DNA from: Podarcis bocagei
Taxonomy: Eukaryota
Reading direction: 5' to 3' (one strand)
Length of the DNA stretch: 64,000 nt
Assembly: GCA_964188305.1 (NCBI GenBank)
Contig: OZ076892.1
Positions 27,001-40,559 of the stretch are shown in pieces. The stretch's first letter is position 1. The number at the start of each line of letters is the position of its first letter. The notes below the pieces were generated by a model. The model had not been told where the DNA came from. It saw nothing but the letters and a program-made list of their open reading frames with translations, and ran no database searches. Both the position numbers and the translations under genes were made by a program.

Positions 27001-29043
27001 AAAATCTTCCCATCCTCTGATGTAGAGCCAGGAAGGAAAGCGGAAAATAAGAGTCAGAGACTCTAAGACACCACAGAACGGGTACTAAGCACAAAAGCTG
27101 CAGACACTCCTGCTTAACATTCATTGTCAGCTGTGTGCTAAGCTCTGAAGAGAATACAGACAATGTCCTTCCTCACTCCATTCCCCCACACCAAATCTAC
27201 AATCTGATGGTCAAACGGCACATGATGGCAACAGGCCCATTCATTTCCATTCAGAGCCTGCCCTGATCAGTGGGTGGCAGTGAGGGAGAAATCTGACGCA
27301 CTTCACACTTAAAGGTGAACTTACCTAACTGACCACTTTATGAAACAATACGCAAACACAGCTTTCCTCTGAAATTCACACTTCTCCGAATTTTGCTGTG
27401 CAGATCTCCAGCCAAGTAACGCTTACAATTCAAGGCACTGGTTTTGTACTATAAAGCCTGAGGACCCCAATATCCCAAGGACCACCTCTCCCCACATCAA
27501 TTGACCAGGGTCTTGTTTACAAAGATTCACATGTATTAGGAGAAAGCATGGATATGGGGGCAGACCTTCTTCCTCCCCAAAATCAACAGATTGATGTGGA
27601 AATGGGTTGAACGTCGCTCAAGGTTGGAAAAATGAGAAACAATCAGATTTGTCCTTCCCTGGATAGATAGCCCCAGAATTCCCTGCTCCCCGAGAATTGA
27701 GGAACCTGATTTTGTCTGCAGTATAGCTAGATCCTTAGAGAGCCGTAAAAGTCATTCAGATTTGTCATGGGCACATTCCCTTAGATGCTTAGCCCAGTAG
27801 ACTGACCTGGTGGTCCTCTAGATAGGGCTGGCTTTCGGTTGAACAGAAGCCAAACCTGTCCTTTTGACAGGGAGAGGACAAAGAGACACACACACACACA
27901 GAGGCGTAGGTCCTATCACAGTGTCACCCACTGTGCAAGAGCTCCAGAAGGTCTGAGGAGAAGCCTGACTGTGGCTATCCCGATCTCTGCACAAAATGAA
28001 GAGTTCTCGTTATTTCTCGGGTAATGTTACATAATTGCATTCTGATGAATTACTCGTTCTACTAATCCTCTTAGAGGTTTCTCATAGATGGATGGGGGTG
28101 GGGAGGGGGGGCTGAGGAGCTTGTGGATGATCCCTGCTCTTCCAATTCAGCTTCCTCACCTTGTCTCCAGCGCTCAAATGGAGGCTGGTGCTTTAAAGCT
28201 TCTCTCTCTGCAAATCAGCCTTTAAACTGGACAGAAATAAAAGCAGCTTTGTAATGTCCCCCCCTCCCCGCTCCTCTTTCAACAATTCCGCCTCCTTATG
28301 TAAACCCCTAAGCTGTCATCAGCCACCATAAAAGCCCAGAACGCAAGACAAATTGGATCAAATGTCCATTTTGCTGCTACAGCCCATTGATAACATACCC
28401 ATTCTTTTTATTCCTATCAAGCTTGAATTGACAGCGGATGAAAATGGATAAGGTGGCGTTGGCTCCCCTCCCTGCAAGGACTGGGGTTTAACTACTTTGC
28501 CTCCAAGAGTGTGCTGTGTGTCTTATACAATACTGATGTACTCAATATATGTTTGAAGGTGGTTGTGCAGGAGTAACCTCCAGTAACTTGTATATAGTGG
28601 AAGGCAAGGTGGGGAGGCTAATCACATTAGGTTCCGGAGAAGGAGCATTCAGATTCTTGTCTCCCTACATCAAAAGAGCTGTCAAGAGAGGGAATGACTT
28701 CATGGACCATTACTGTTGAAGCCAGAACAGGTGACTTCAATCTGAACACAACTCATCACTCCAGAGCACACTCTATACACATGTAGCCAGCATGGTGCCC
28801 TCCAGATGTGTTGGACTACAACTCCCATCATCTCTGACTATTGTTCATTGTCGTGCCTCTCCCTATCAGACTCAGAACTCAAACTATCACCTTGATTTGA
28901 AGGTTTAAAGGTCTTATTCAATAAGTCAGTACAGTCTCCCAACATGGTCTACAACTACGTAAGGTCGGGGGGGGGGGGGAGGAAGGTAGACCCATTGTAC
29001 AACCATAAATCTTTGGGCTAGCGGGGCATGTTACTCAACACCA

Positions 29044-29258
29044 CAGTGGTACCTCTGGTTACGAACTTAATTTGTTCTGGAGCTCCATTCTTAACCTGAA
29101 ACCATTCTTAACCTGAGGTACCATTTTAGCTAATGGGGCCTGCTGCTGGCATGCGATTTCTGTTCTCATCCTGAGGTAAAGTTCTTAACCCTGGGTTAGT
29201 GGAGTCTGTAACCCAAAGTGTTTGTAGCCTGAGGTGTTTGTAACCTGAGGTACCACTG
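29044..29258. mobile_element. Tc1/mariner (Tigger-like) MITE, same family as 60989 and 61396
   Basis: TIRs cagtggtacctc / gaggtaccactg followed by TA. Confidence 0.85.
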
Positions 29259-29789
29259 TACTTTGGATGCAATTCTTGAAAGGGATCATAATCCTCTGAC
29301 ATTTACACACACACACACACACACAAACCCCAGATTGGAAAATCCCAGATCTTCTTCAGAGGACCTTATCCAGGTGTCATGTTTTTTGGAGCTTGTGGAG
29401 GGTGGGGTGGAGGTGTGTGAAGTATAGCACCCTCCTCCATATAGCAGCAGGATAGTACCTATTTTAACGTGGAATGAAATGGTTTACAGGCTTGGTAAAA
29501 TACAAAAGAGGGGTTGCATGGAGTCAGAAAGACATCAGATAGGCAAAACATTTCATAGAAGGGAAGCAACCACTGAGAAGGCCCTCCAGAACATAAGAAT
29601 ACCTGGGTAGGTGTAGGTGTCGCAAAGCTATATAGCCTTAGGCAATCTCTTTAAGATTCTCTGTATAGAGTTACTAATATAGGCCTACTTTAAGCGCCAA
29701 GTGGATGCCTCCAATATCCATTCATTTCCCATGTTGTCAGAAGTAAAGACTGAAACTCACAGATTCTTAAAACAAGGAACATGGTATCA

Positions 29790-30240
29790 TTCTCTTCACC
29801 TGAAGCCTTCAGATTTTATAAACCTGCCGCAGGGCCTGAATGGAAAGAAAGCTTTGCTTGGGTTTTGTCTCTTGGACACAACGCTCAACAAAGAGGAAGG
29901 AACAGTGCAAGTCAGTTCACTCCTTAATGTGATGGAAAAAGAAACCAGCAATGTCTATAAATCCTCTACCTTTGCCCTAAACACAACTATGGGACTGTTC
30001 TAGCAAAGACTGATGCCCAGCATCATCCCCAAGATGAATGAGCTTGATGAAGGACCTGCTTCTGTCAAAAAGCGCAGGAGGCCTTTGGAGAAACTGTTGA
30101 GTCGTTTGTCAGCATATATGAATATGATGAGTATTGCGTAACATTTTAGAGAGAGAGATTGTTGCTTGGAGTTCTAGACAAAGGGCTTTCTGAAAGGAAA
30201 AAAGTGGCGCCTGCAACAAAATATTGCAGCATGCTGTGCT
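29790..30240 (+). mobile_element. Degraded Ty3/Gypsy (Mag-like) gag fragment
   Basis: Frameshifted peptides PEAF..KPAA.PEWKE.F, LNKEEGTVQVSSLLNVMEKE..NVYKS and RERLLLGVLDKGLSE resemble Mag-clade gag blocks (recalled from memory). Confidence 0.55.
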
Positions 30241-31947
30241 GCTTTTCAGGTTTACAGTCATTCAGTTTCATCTCCCCCTGTTATTTAGGTTTTTTCATCG
30301 TTCTCCTCCTCCATCAGTCAGAAATCCAAGCCTACTAAGCATGTTCAGTTATCGTTGAGCTGTTTCTCTGCCCCTGTTTTCCCCTCTATTTTTTTGTGCT
30401 GGGTGAGGAGCTCATGCTGACCTTTCCTCTCATGGGAGCCCAGGGCTCACAAAACTACAATATATACAGTTAAAAAGCCCTTTAAAATACTTCCATAAAA
30501 ATAAAACCAGCAGCTGAGGTGGCAATAGACATTTACGTCTCAAAGGCCAAAATTACAAATACGTCTTTAATCTGGTCTAAATGCCAACAATGTGGGGGAC
30601 ACAGCTTCACCCCAAGAAGGGAGCTTCACAAATGGGGCATCCCCACTAAGAATACCCTGCCCTGAATCACCACTCCATAGGCCTTTCTCATGGACAACAG
30701 TACTAACAGCAGATCTCAAAGCGAGGGCTGGCAGCTGCAAGGAGGCGGCGATTCTGTAGGTAATTGGTTTCTCAGTTAAGTCATCCATCAACTTCACATA
30801 CAATTCAGTTAATAGAGGACTTTAACTTGGATGCCCTTAGCATGTTTGTGAAGAATTAAGTCCTGTGTTAATTGCATCGTTTTGTTGGCACCCGTCTGTC
30901 TCGGGGAGACAATGGAGGAGCGCACTTTTAGGGGTAAAATCAAACTGTTGGGAGAGTTAAGAGTGTCTGCTGTGGCTGTAGAGGGGTTGAGTGAAGGTTA
31001 GGACCCTGGTCTCCCACGTCTTAGTCCACTAGACAACACTAGCTTTGGGGACAACTGTTTTGTTCAAAACCTATTCAGGATCCTGCTTGTGGGATGCATT
31101 CCCCAAGGAAGCTCATATCTTTATGTGCCACGCAAAACCAGAATGGCTGGAGCAACCCATTCAGATGGGTGGGGTATAAATAATAAAAAAATATTTTAAA
31201 AAATTCTTATTCTTCTTCTACCATGCGTTTGGTAAATTAAACAATCTATGAGCTTTTAAACTAGGGGTTATTGTTTTTGTGGGTTACTGTGTAATGTATT
31301 TTTGTGTTTTTTTATATTGTAAACCACACTGTGATACGCCTTATACCAGGGGTGGAGAACATCCACCCCAAAGACCAAATTAGGCCCACTGGTCCTTCCT
31401 ATTTGGCCAGTGAGGTGAGGGGCAGGTAAAGGCACAGCTGGGTCAAAGGCTGTGTACACCCATCATCTGCAAGCCCCAACAATCAGCTGATCGCCTGCAT
31501 GGCAAAAAGGAAAAGTTGGAAAATGATGTCATTTTGATGCCAAACCCTGCCCACTGTCACATCTGGCTTCCAGCGGGTGAGGAAATTAAGGATCTGGCCC
31601 ACCGGCTGACTCCAGTTCTCCACCTCTGTCTTACCCTGCCTTGGATACTCAGGCACACCCACAAGCAGCAGAGAGGAAAAGTTTGTGTCCACTGGATCAT
31701 CTCCTCAGTGCCAGGATGGGACTCATGAAAACACCAGGAGGGCTAGAAGTGCATGGAGACACCTGATCTACTACTCAAAGGAGAACCTGTGGACATTGTT
31801 TTCACACCTGAAGCCAAACCATGCAGAATCTATACCCTCTTACAAGACAAGTTTGAAATGGAAAGATTGAGGGAATGCTGCTTAGAGATTATACAGAACA
31901 TAAGCAGCATATAAATGCTTGAAAATAAATAGCTAAATAACTAAATA

Positions 31948-32101
31948 CCACATTTTTCCATGTATAACACACCCCTGTGTATAAGGCGCCCCCTATTTTG
32001 GGGGACTCCAAATCAAGAAAATCCCCCTATGCACTATCTGTGTATAAGACGAGTCCCAAATTTTAACACAAAAATGTAGTCTTATACACGGAAAAGTACG
32101 G
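31948..32101. mobile_element. Tc1/mariner-superfamily MITE (CCGTA-type TIR)
   Basis: TA-ccacatttttccatgtataa...ttatacacggaaaagtacgg-TA. Confidence 0.7.
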
Positions 32102-32748
32102 TAACTAACTAACGAACTAACTAACTAAGCATGGGACAATTGATGAAATCATGCTGTGTGTCAGTATAACTGCAATCATCAAGAAAATAAAAATAGGTTT
32201 TAAGGAATCCATCTGTGTAAGTTTAGTGATGTACTTTGCCCACAAGAGAGCCTTTTCCTGAAAGTGACAGATTTTCCCCCAATTGGATGCCTGGAATGGG
32301 TCGCAGTGCATATTGATGCTTAAGGCTTAAGCCCATGCATCGCCCATTTCTCTGCCTGCTTCTGAAAACAGGCTGCTTCATCACATCCAAATGGCTACCC
32401 ATGAGCCACCACTTCAAGAAACCTTGTGAAAAACAGATCAGGGTGGCTCTTTGCAGTGCTTCAGAGATGGCCAGGAAGCATTTTGCTGACCATGGACAAC
32501 AGATAACCAAGCAACTAGGAAGCTCTAATAACAAAATGACCCTGGATTGTCGTGAGGAAAGAAATCCTATGCCTTCCCCACCAGGAACACAGAGACATCT
32601 TGTGTGACTGACAGCAACGTTACTCCTCAGATTGACACTTCATCCAGCTCAGTTATTTGTAAGCCTTTGAGATTTAGAGGAGTGGGAGATTATCTCAACT
32701 ATTAGATGTTTGAAAGGCAATGTTTTACTGAATTTTTTAAAAGAAAGA

Positions 32749-32755
<7 letters not shown>

Positions 32756-32796
<41 letters not shown>
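32756..32796. repeat. (AG)n microsatellite
   Basis: Seen directly. Confidence 0.95.
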
Positions 32797-32799
<3 letters not shown>

Positions 32800-32827
32800 T
32801 CATGGGATACTGCCATTGTATAATTTA

Positions 32828-32844
32828 GGCACTAGGTGGCAGTG
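32828..32844 (+). promoter_or_regulatory. Candidate CTCF site
   Basis: GGCACTAGGTGGCAGTG matches the CTCF core with one mismatch. Confidence 0.4.
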
Positions 32845-35800
32845 GACTTAGTGGCATCACTAAGAAACGTCCCATTCTGCTCTTGCTTAAGAGAGACAAT
32901 AAAGTTCTTCCTGACTGGTACACTTACTAAACCTTCCTTGCCATGCTGCTTTTAATTTTGCATGCTGTACTATTTGACTAAATTTGTAATGAGTAGTTTT
33001 GTTGCTTTCTAGTAATTTTTTTTGCGTGACTTTCAGGAATTGCAGGTGAGGAGTACTGTTGTGCTCAGGACCTGCTTGTGGGCTTCTCATTGGGGCATGT
33101 GGTTTGTCATGATGAGAACAGGACACTGGACTAGAGATGTGTGGTCAGTAAAATTCTTAGAGAGAAGGGTCTAAAAATGACAGCCATGACACTGGCTCTA
33201 TAAACAAAAGCACTGGTGTCCTGCAGCATCCAATACTTTTTCAAAAATGGCTTTACACTTTAAGAGTTTGTTTCCCCCTAAGTTTCTAGCCCTCATGGTT
33301 GTAGAAGATAAATCTGAAAATGGGATGGGAAATCTTTCCCATTCAGCCTGGAGTGCTGAAGAAGTTGCCTCGCCTGTGCTTTTAAAAGCTCGGAGCACTA
33401 GCGACAGGCTGACACGCTGAGGTGTAGCACGCCAGAGCCCTCGGCACCTTGCAGGTACAAACTCCACTGGCAGAGTTTGGGAACGTGTGCAATATGTCAG
33501 GACCAAGCCGCTAAAAAAACCCTGGCTCTCATTGTAACAATGGCAGGCGGATGTTCCTTTGTCACCAGCCCTCTGGCTGCCAAAGAACTAAAGCAGATGC
33601 TTGTAGCGAATGCACGAACTGCCAAAAGGCTATAAATAATTGCTTCCACCAGATGTGAGTGGCTGTCATAACCGGATTCCTGAGCGCAGCCATCGCACAA
33701 AGGAATCGAGACCGGCCGCTTGTTCACCGGAGCTGCATGCACCGCTCCTCATTTGGAAGGCAATTAATCAGGACTTTTGCCTTTCAAAATTCATAACAGC
33801 AAAAGAATGGCCTCTCCCTCCTCCACTTCAAACCACCTCCCTTTTCCTGGCTGGATGTACAACAAAGCACAGCTAGAGCTTTTCAAAGGATAATAATAAA
33901 CAAGATTGTTTTGCTCCTTGCACAGTCTATAGCCTGATAACTAAGAGCTGGCCAATGGGCATGCAGTGCACAAGGAGCACTTAAATGATGGGGGGAAGGG
34001 GCAGAGTAATTTTCAAACTCCTCCAAGGCTCTGGGAACTCAACATAGATTTCCTGCAGTCACAACTGCATCACAATGTACATTCAAATGTTGGCATTTGG
34101 TACAGAATTCAGTCCCTGGCTCACTTGGGTGAATTCTGAATTACATCTCAACTGGAGCTTTTCCTACAACTCTCTCAGTTTGAGGAGGATCCTTTTCTTC
34201 TTAGCTCCCTAGGCAATGCCTGAAAAGAACCATCTGCGTTTGTATGAAAAGATCACTAAGACTCGGGATCGTTCAACAAAATTGTTTGGCAGAAGAGTTA
34301 GAAAGACCATAGGAAGCACTTCTTCACACAATGTATAATTTATTTAGAGTATTCCCCACCGCAAAGTGTGTTGATGGCTTCTTGCTTAGACGGCTTAAAA
34401 ACCGGGGAAGGAGAATTATGGAGAAAGCTCCATCATTGGGGACAGTATATATTTAAATGCTAGAGAGAACTGCAAGGGAGGGCTACCCCTTCCTTGCTCT
34501 TGTGGGTTTCCTGGAAGCATCTGATTGGTGAGTGTGGGAACATTGGTCTTCTGATGCTCTTGTGTTGTGGAATTTACGCTAAGTGCATTGGGAGCGAGGA
34601 CTGCACCAGAGACAAGGTGCTCTTACTAATATTACATGTTCCAAGAAAGCCAGAATCAGCGAGTAAGCTCTGCACATAAAAGGCATCCTCCAAAACAAAT
34701 GTACTTGAAGAATTCCCTAAGGAGGAAGAGGGCAGGGAGAAGGTCCCAAGCCCTGTGCCCACCTCTATTATACAGAAAAACTGCATTATGCATTAGAGAT
34801 AGTTCTCTGCACCTCTGCTAGTCTAGACTTGATGTTGTGGACAGAGGAAGGAACAGCCTCTGGGTATGGTAAGTCTCTCATCTAAGAGCTTGGCTTATCT
34901 CCACTGCTGCACTTAAAATAATCTCACTGAATCCATATTACACTAATGGCAGTAATAGAAGTTCTGGTCTACCAAGAAATAACCCCAAAGTTAGGAAAAG
35001 AAAATCCATGGAGAAAAAGTTCCCCCTTTACTTTCTCTAAATATAGTTCCCCCCTCCCCAAATGTATACTCGTTTTATTGGGTAACATTAAAAGCTGTGC
35101 TAACAGCCTTCTTCCCCCACTCCACTCAAATATTTTTAATGTTTTTTTAATTAGTGTGTGACATCTGCTAAGCCACTACCTGTCATTGTCCCACCATCTC
35201 CTTGGTTTTGCTGTTCCTCAGCTTCTTGGACCTCTTCTTGATTACACAGCTGGCTGGAGTGGATGAGAGTGGTAGTCTAAAATATCTGGAGGGCATCAGG
35301 TTGGGGAAAGCTGTTTTATTCTTTTCAGCACTTGCTAAAAACATTTTTGCTGGCCAGATATTTAAAATATTGATGTGTTTTTAAATCTGTTTTTAGTTTA
35401 TTGTCAGCTTTAATTTTTTGAATGTTCTATTGCTGTTAATTCTTTTCACTGATAATTTTATTGTTTCGTCTCTTTTGAAAAGTACTTCAAGGTGTGTGTG
35501 TGTGTGTGTGGTTGTTGTTGTTTTTTTTTACCAGCGAGCAGTGGATAAATTATGCTTATAATGTTATGCTCAGCTGTGGGTACAGCTGAATCAGAATGAG
35601 AACTGAAAGGGCTGAGAGTGTTCTCAACTGCGGCAGTGGTGAGGTTAATACCCATCGGCACAATTTCTGTGATAAGAATGAGAAAGTCTGGGGTGGGAGC
35701 GGATCTCACATGTCAGCAGAACTTCCAAGCATCAGTTAGAAGTTCTGCTTGTCTGCCCTCTTAAATTCCTGGGCACCCTTTTAATGTCACACACTCAGTC

Positions 35801-36525
35801 TCTCGCCCTTGCCCTCGTCAGCTTCCATGGCTCTTTACGGTGGCCAGCAGAAGAGAAACTGCTCATCACTGACAAATTTCTTTTGAAAGATGGATGTCAG
35901 CCATATCTGTCCAAACACTTTGAGGTCAGCCAGGAGCAGCTATGATGTTGGCTAAGGCAAGTCAAATGGCCCCAGTTGAGGGAACAGCCACTTTTCCTAC
36001 AAGCCTTCTAAAATCTTTTAGCAGAGTTGGTATCTGTCTTGGATTTGAAATGAATTTGTGTGTGTACGGTTGTTGTTTTAAACTGTGTTTTACATTTATA
36101 ATCTTTTTTTTTTTAAAAAAAACATGCTTTCCTGCATGCAATTGTTTTAACTATTATTATTATATATGTAACTGCTTAAATAAGTTAATATATTGTAAAT
36201 TGCTCTGGGGTGTCTCATAGCGTTTCCTAAATTAAAATGACAATTCCTCTGTCAGATAGGAATTCGGAAGCATGCAAATGCCTTGGTGAGTTGAGGCCAC
36301 TTTATTAATTAACTGGTTAATGCTGCGAGTCAGATTGTTGGTACCCATGAGAAGCTTAGAACCCAGGCAAATGAAGCATCTTTCCCACTACTAACCAGCT
36401 TGGAGGTCAAGATCTCTTGGGACATCAGTTCTGGTGGCCCCTTCCTTGTGGATGTTCTGGAAGGCTGCCACAAACAGCAGAGCCTTCTTGGTGGCAGCCC
36501 CCAAATCTGGAAGTCCCACTACAGG

Positions 36526-36956
36526 CAGTGGCGTAGCGTGGGGGGTGCCAGGGGTGCTGGCCGCACCGGGCGCAACATCTGGGGGGGCGCGCTCGCTGCC
36601 TCCGGAGTCGCCGAAGAGCCTCGGGCGCAGGCTGTAGCAGAGCCGCATGTCTCGCGGCGCCCGGCTGAAGGCGCCCGGCAGGCAGCGGCTCTCAGCGCTC
36701 GCCGTGGAGGACGCACCAGGCAGCCCCTCCTCACAGCCCCACCTCCGCCGGTGCTGCTGCAGCTGCTGGGCCGTTGCATTTTCCTCGCCTCTCTGCCCGC
36801 CTCCTCCTCCGGGCAAGCGGCGTCGTTTGGGCGGCAGCGCCAGCGGCAACTCGCAGGTTAGGGGTTGGGGGGCGCATATTACTTGCCTTGCCCCGGGTTA
36901 GGGGGCGCAAATTACTTGCGTTGCCCCGGGTGCTGACAACTCACGCTACGCTGCTG
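36526..36956. mobile_element. Non-autonomous hAT-type element with CpG-rich cargo
   Basis: TIRs cagtggcgtagcgtg / cacgctacgctgctg. Perfect 8-bp TSD actacagg at 36518-36525 and 36957-36964. Confidence 0.85.
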
Positions 36957-37201
36957 ACTACAGGGCTACTATGCACCATGTAGGAACTAGGCTTTCAATG
37001 TGATGACACCTCCTTTTGGGAATTTCCTCCCAATACACATCATAGAAGTGGCGTCATTTCTCTTTGTAGAAGACCCTGCTTTCCCAACAAGCCTTCTAAG
37101 TAGATTTTTTCTATCCCTGTCTGCATCTGTATTGAACATGAAATTGTTCTAGATTTGTTTTTGTTGTGGATGTTTTTATTGCTAAACTGCTTCTGGGTGT
37201 C

Positions 37202-37202
<1 letters not shown>

Positions 37203-37268
<66 letters not shown>
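37203..37268. repeat. (TTTC)n microsatellite
   Basis: Seen directly. Confidence 0.95.
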
Positions 37269-37408
37269 ACCTGTTTCACCCCATTATGAAGCACTTCCTA
37301 TAAAACATCTCAAAGCAATGTAACAGTAAAAACATCAACGATAAAAACATATATTAAAACAATTTCATAGAGATATTTTCATATAAATACATAAATATTT
37401 AGATTGAT

Positions 37409-37635
37409 GGTAAAGGTAAAAGGACCCCTGACCATTAGGTCCAGTTGTGGATGACTCTGGGGTTGTGGCGTTCATCTCGCTTTACTGGCTGAGGGAGCCG
37501 GCGTACAGCTTCCGGGTCATGTGGCCAGCATGACTAAGACGCTTCTGGTGAACCAGAGGAGCGCCCGGCAACGCTGTTTACCTTCCCGCTAGAGCGGTAC
37601 CTATTTATCTACATGCACTTTGACGTGCTTTTGAA
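37409..37635 (-). mobile_element. Sauria SINE, 5'-truncated
   Basis: Matches the 3' two-thirds of the other copies and stops at tttgacgtgcttttgaa. Confidence 0.85.
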
Positions 37636-37839
37636 TAGGATCCCCAAGCTCTGGCATTCACCTGTTGCCAGGGTGAGGAGAGTAAGGTGGGGAACAAATA
37701 AACTCACAGCCCATGTGTACCATCTCACTAGTTGCACAGGTTTGTCTTTTGGATGAAAGCAGTAACAGTCCCCCCCCCCCAATGCCCCTACCAAGCTGCA
37801 AATTACACAGTCATTGATAGAATGGTTGTTCCCCCCCCC

Positions 37840-37842
<3 letters not shown>

Positions 37843-37894
<52 letters not shown>
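37843..37894. repeat. Compound (CT)n(CA)n microsatellite
   Basis: Seen directly. Confidence 0.95.
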
Positions 37895-37898
<4 letters not shown>

Positions 37899-39258
37899 AA
37901 CCACAATAAAGCCAATGACAGCAAGGTTAGATGGCAACTTAAAATGGAAAATGAGCTTCTTTAAGGTTTATGCATACCAAATCCAAGTCTATCTTACTCA
38001 ACGCCTTATATCAGTGGTTTTCAACCTTTCTGAGTCCATGGCTCCCTTGACCAACCACATTCTTTCTGCGGCCCCCTACAGTAGGGAACATTCCAACTAC
38101 ACAAGAGTCAGAGGTATTTGCAACTCCACCCCCCCCAAGCAAGGGGCATTATCGTAGTTCAAGGACAAATTCTGGGCAGGCAAAAACACTTGTGGAGGGT
38201 GTGCAGCAAGGCTGATGAGGGCTGTGGAGGCAGGGCCTGAGGGGAGTCCCGACACCTAGCTGAAGAGGCCTGGAGAGTTGCAATGAGTCTCTGGACCCAT
38301 GGTTGGTTTCCCCACCCCTGTTCTGAATACCCCTCCCACTGAGATCTGTCAAGCTTCCCCTCTAAACTCTTTTCAACAGAAATCGAGACTGTATCTGTTT
38401 TATCAGGCATTGCTTGGATGCTGCTGCAGATCTGCTTTTGTTTTTAAACCATGTTTTGCTTTTAATTGGTGCTCTTGGCTCCGAATGGCATGGGTTTTAA
38501 TTGGATTTTTTTGGTATTGTACTTGATGCACTTCAGATGGGGGCTGCTGTGAATACCATTGAAGAAGAATATAAATAAATTCTTGCCTACTTACTAGGCT
38601 CGCTGCGTCCTCAACCCTCCGCCCAGATTCCAGAACCTTCTATTTTAGGAGCTGGCAACTCCAGCTTGGGTGGCAAATTGCATCCCATAATAATGTCCCT
38701 AATCAGTGCCTCCCCCCCATTTAACTGTGAAGGTTTGATGCTGAAGCACAACCACCACCAAGGTTTCAAATCAGCACAAAGAACTCAACCCAAGACATGT
38801 TTACCCACTGGGACTTACTCCCAGGAAAAGTGAACATGGGTTTGTGGCCTGTGAGTGTGCGTCTTTGTGTGTGGAAATGTCTTATATTTGGGAAGAGGAA
38901 AAGCTCAGATCAGAGTCCTATTAGAAAGAGCAGTGAATCCAGCCTGGGAAATAATCAGAGGAATGTTTGAGTTTTGTAACTCAACTGAATCCTACTTCTC
39001 AAGGCATTCTGCTGAAAATTGACTAAGTCCGGAATGGGAACAGGAGAAGGATGGCTTCCAAACACAACAATTCATCCCTGAGGGATGTTATTAAAATGTC
39101 CCAGGGCATTTTGGCAGTTTCACAGTACAAGCATTCCCTTAAAAACAAAAAACAAAAAAAAATGAAACAGATCAGTTAAAAACATGGGAGGGGTGAGGGG
39201 TGAAAATCCTTTTGCAGTCAAAGTATGCAGCCTTTTACAACTCCTCCGTAAAAGCTAA

Positions 39259-39594
39259 GGCCACATTCACAAAATTTAAATTTAAAGCATTATGATACCA
39301 GTTTAAACAACCATGGCTTCCCCAAAAGAATTCTGAGAGTTGTAGTTGAAGAATGCTGAAAGTTTTGAAGAGGCCCCTATTTCCCTCACAATGCTTCAGT
39401 CCCCACATAGTGATTTAACCATCAATCACTCTTCCCAGGGGACTCTGGGAATTGCAGCTCTGTGAGGGGAATAGGGGTCTCCAAACAACTCTCAGAATCC
39501 TTAACAAACTAGAGCTCCCAGAATTCTTTGTGGGTCATCCATGACTGTTCAAAGTGGTATTGTAGTGCTTTAAATGTATGGTGTGGATGTGGCC
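39259..39594. mobile_element. Fold-back MITE, PIF/Harbinger-like
   Basis: TIRs ggccacattcac / gtggatgtggcc, flanked by taa and tat, with extended internal palindromy. Confidence 0.7.
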
Positions 39595-40559
39595 TATGAT
39601 AAAAAAAAAAGAGGTGGCTCAATGAATCCTCTTGCTGAGCTGTAGAGCCCATTCAGGAAAGGTAGAGTTGCAGGCTCAGCATGGACACATTGGAGACACC
39701 TGGCTCTTATCCAGGGCCAACATGACCACCTGGCCCTTATTAAGCCAGCCAGGCTCCAGCTATTTGCCTTCCAGGCCACCTTGAGCAAACTTCGCCCGCC
39801 TTTCCTGTTCCTGATCTCCTTGGAGGAAAACTGGGATATAAATGTAAAAATAAATGGATGCATGACATGGAAAGCTCCAAGCTGTAGCCAAAATGAAGAA
39901 GAGTCGGCAGAGCACTCTTAAGTATGCTCCAAATTCTCCATTTGAATCAAAGAGTTGGTGCATTTTTCTGCTGTAGTTGCTCGTTTGCATATGTTGATTA
40001 ATTTCCAATGGCAAATTTCCAATTTCTCACCACCTAATGTCAGTAAGAGCCCTACTGGGCATAAGCAGCAGATCTTCCACAGATGTAAAAGCATGTAATA
40101 GCAGCTGAGGGGGTGGGTGGGGGGTTCGGATTAGAACAATGATGCTGAGGGAAAGTGGTTTCAATCCTCTCTCCATGCACTTTCCCAATTAAAATATCCT
40201 CTCCCCTAGAACTGCTCTCTGCCCATGACAGAAAGTAACACAAGGAAGTCTCAGTTGTTACTTAGAATGAAGCAGAAGAGTTCGGAGCCAGTGCTGTACT
40301 GGGCTAGGAGACAAGGGTGGGGTACAAGCCAAGCCCTTCGCATTACTTGTAGCTAGGATGGCCAACATTATGTTCTTCAGATGTTGTTGAGCTACATCCC
40401 AGCAGCCCTACCCAGTGCTGCCAATGGTTAGAGATGATGGAAGCTGTAGTTCAACCATGGCTGGAGGACATCGTTTTTGCGACACTTCAGCCAGAGTCAA
40501 TAAACAGCATGCAGCCGGAGTCATTTCATGCAAGCATCTTGCAACATTAGCTGATTTTG

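Noticed and set aside
36391-36983. Overlapping GC-rich ORFs as a host gene or promoter CpG island in place
   Set aside because: The GC-rich part is bounded by TIRs and an 8-bp TSD, and high GC suppresses stop codons in all frames.
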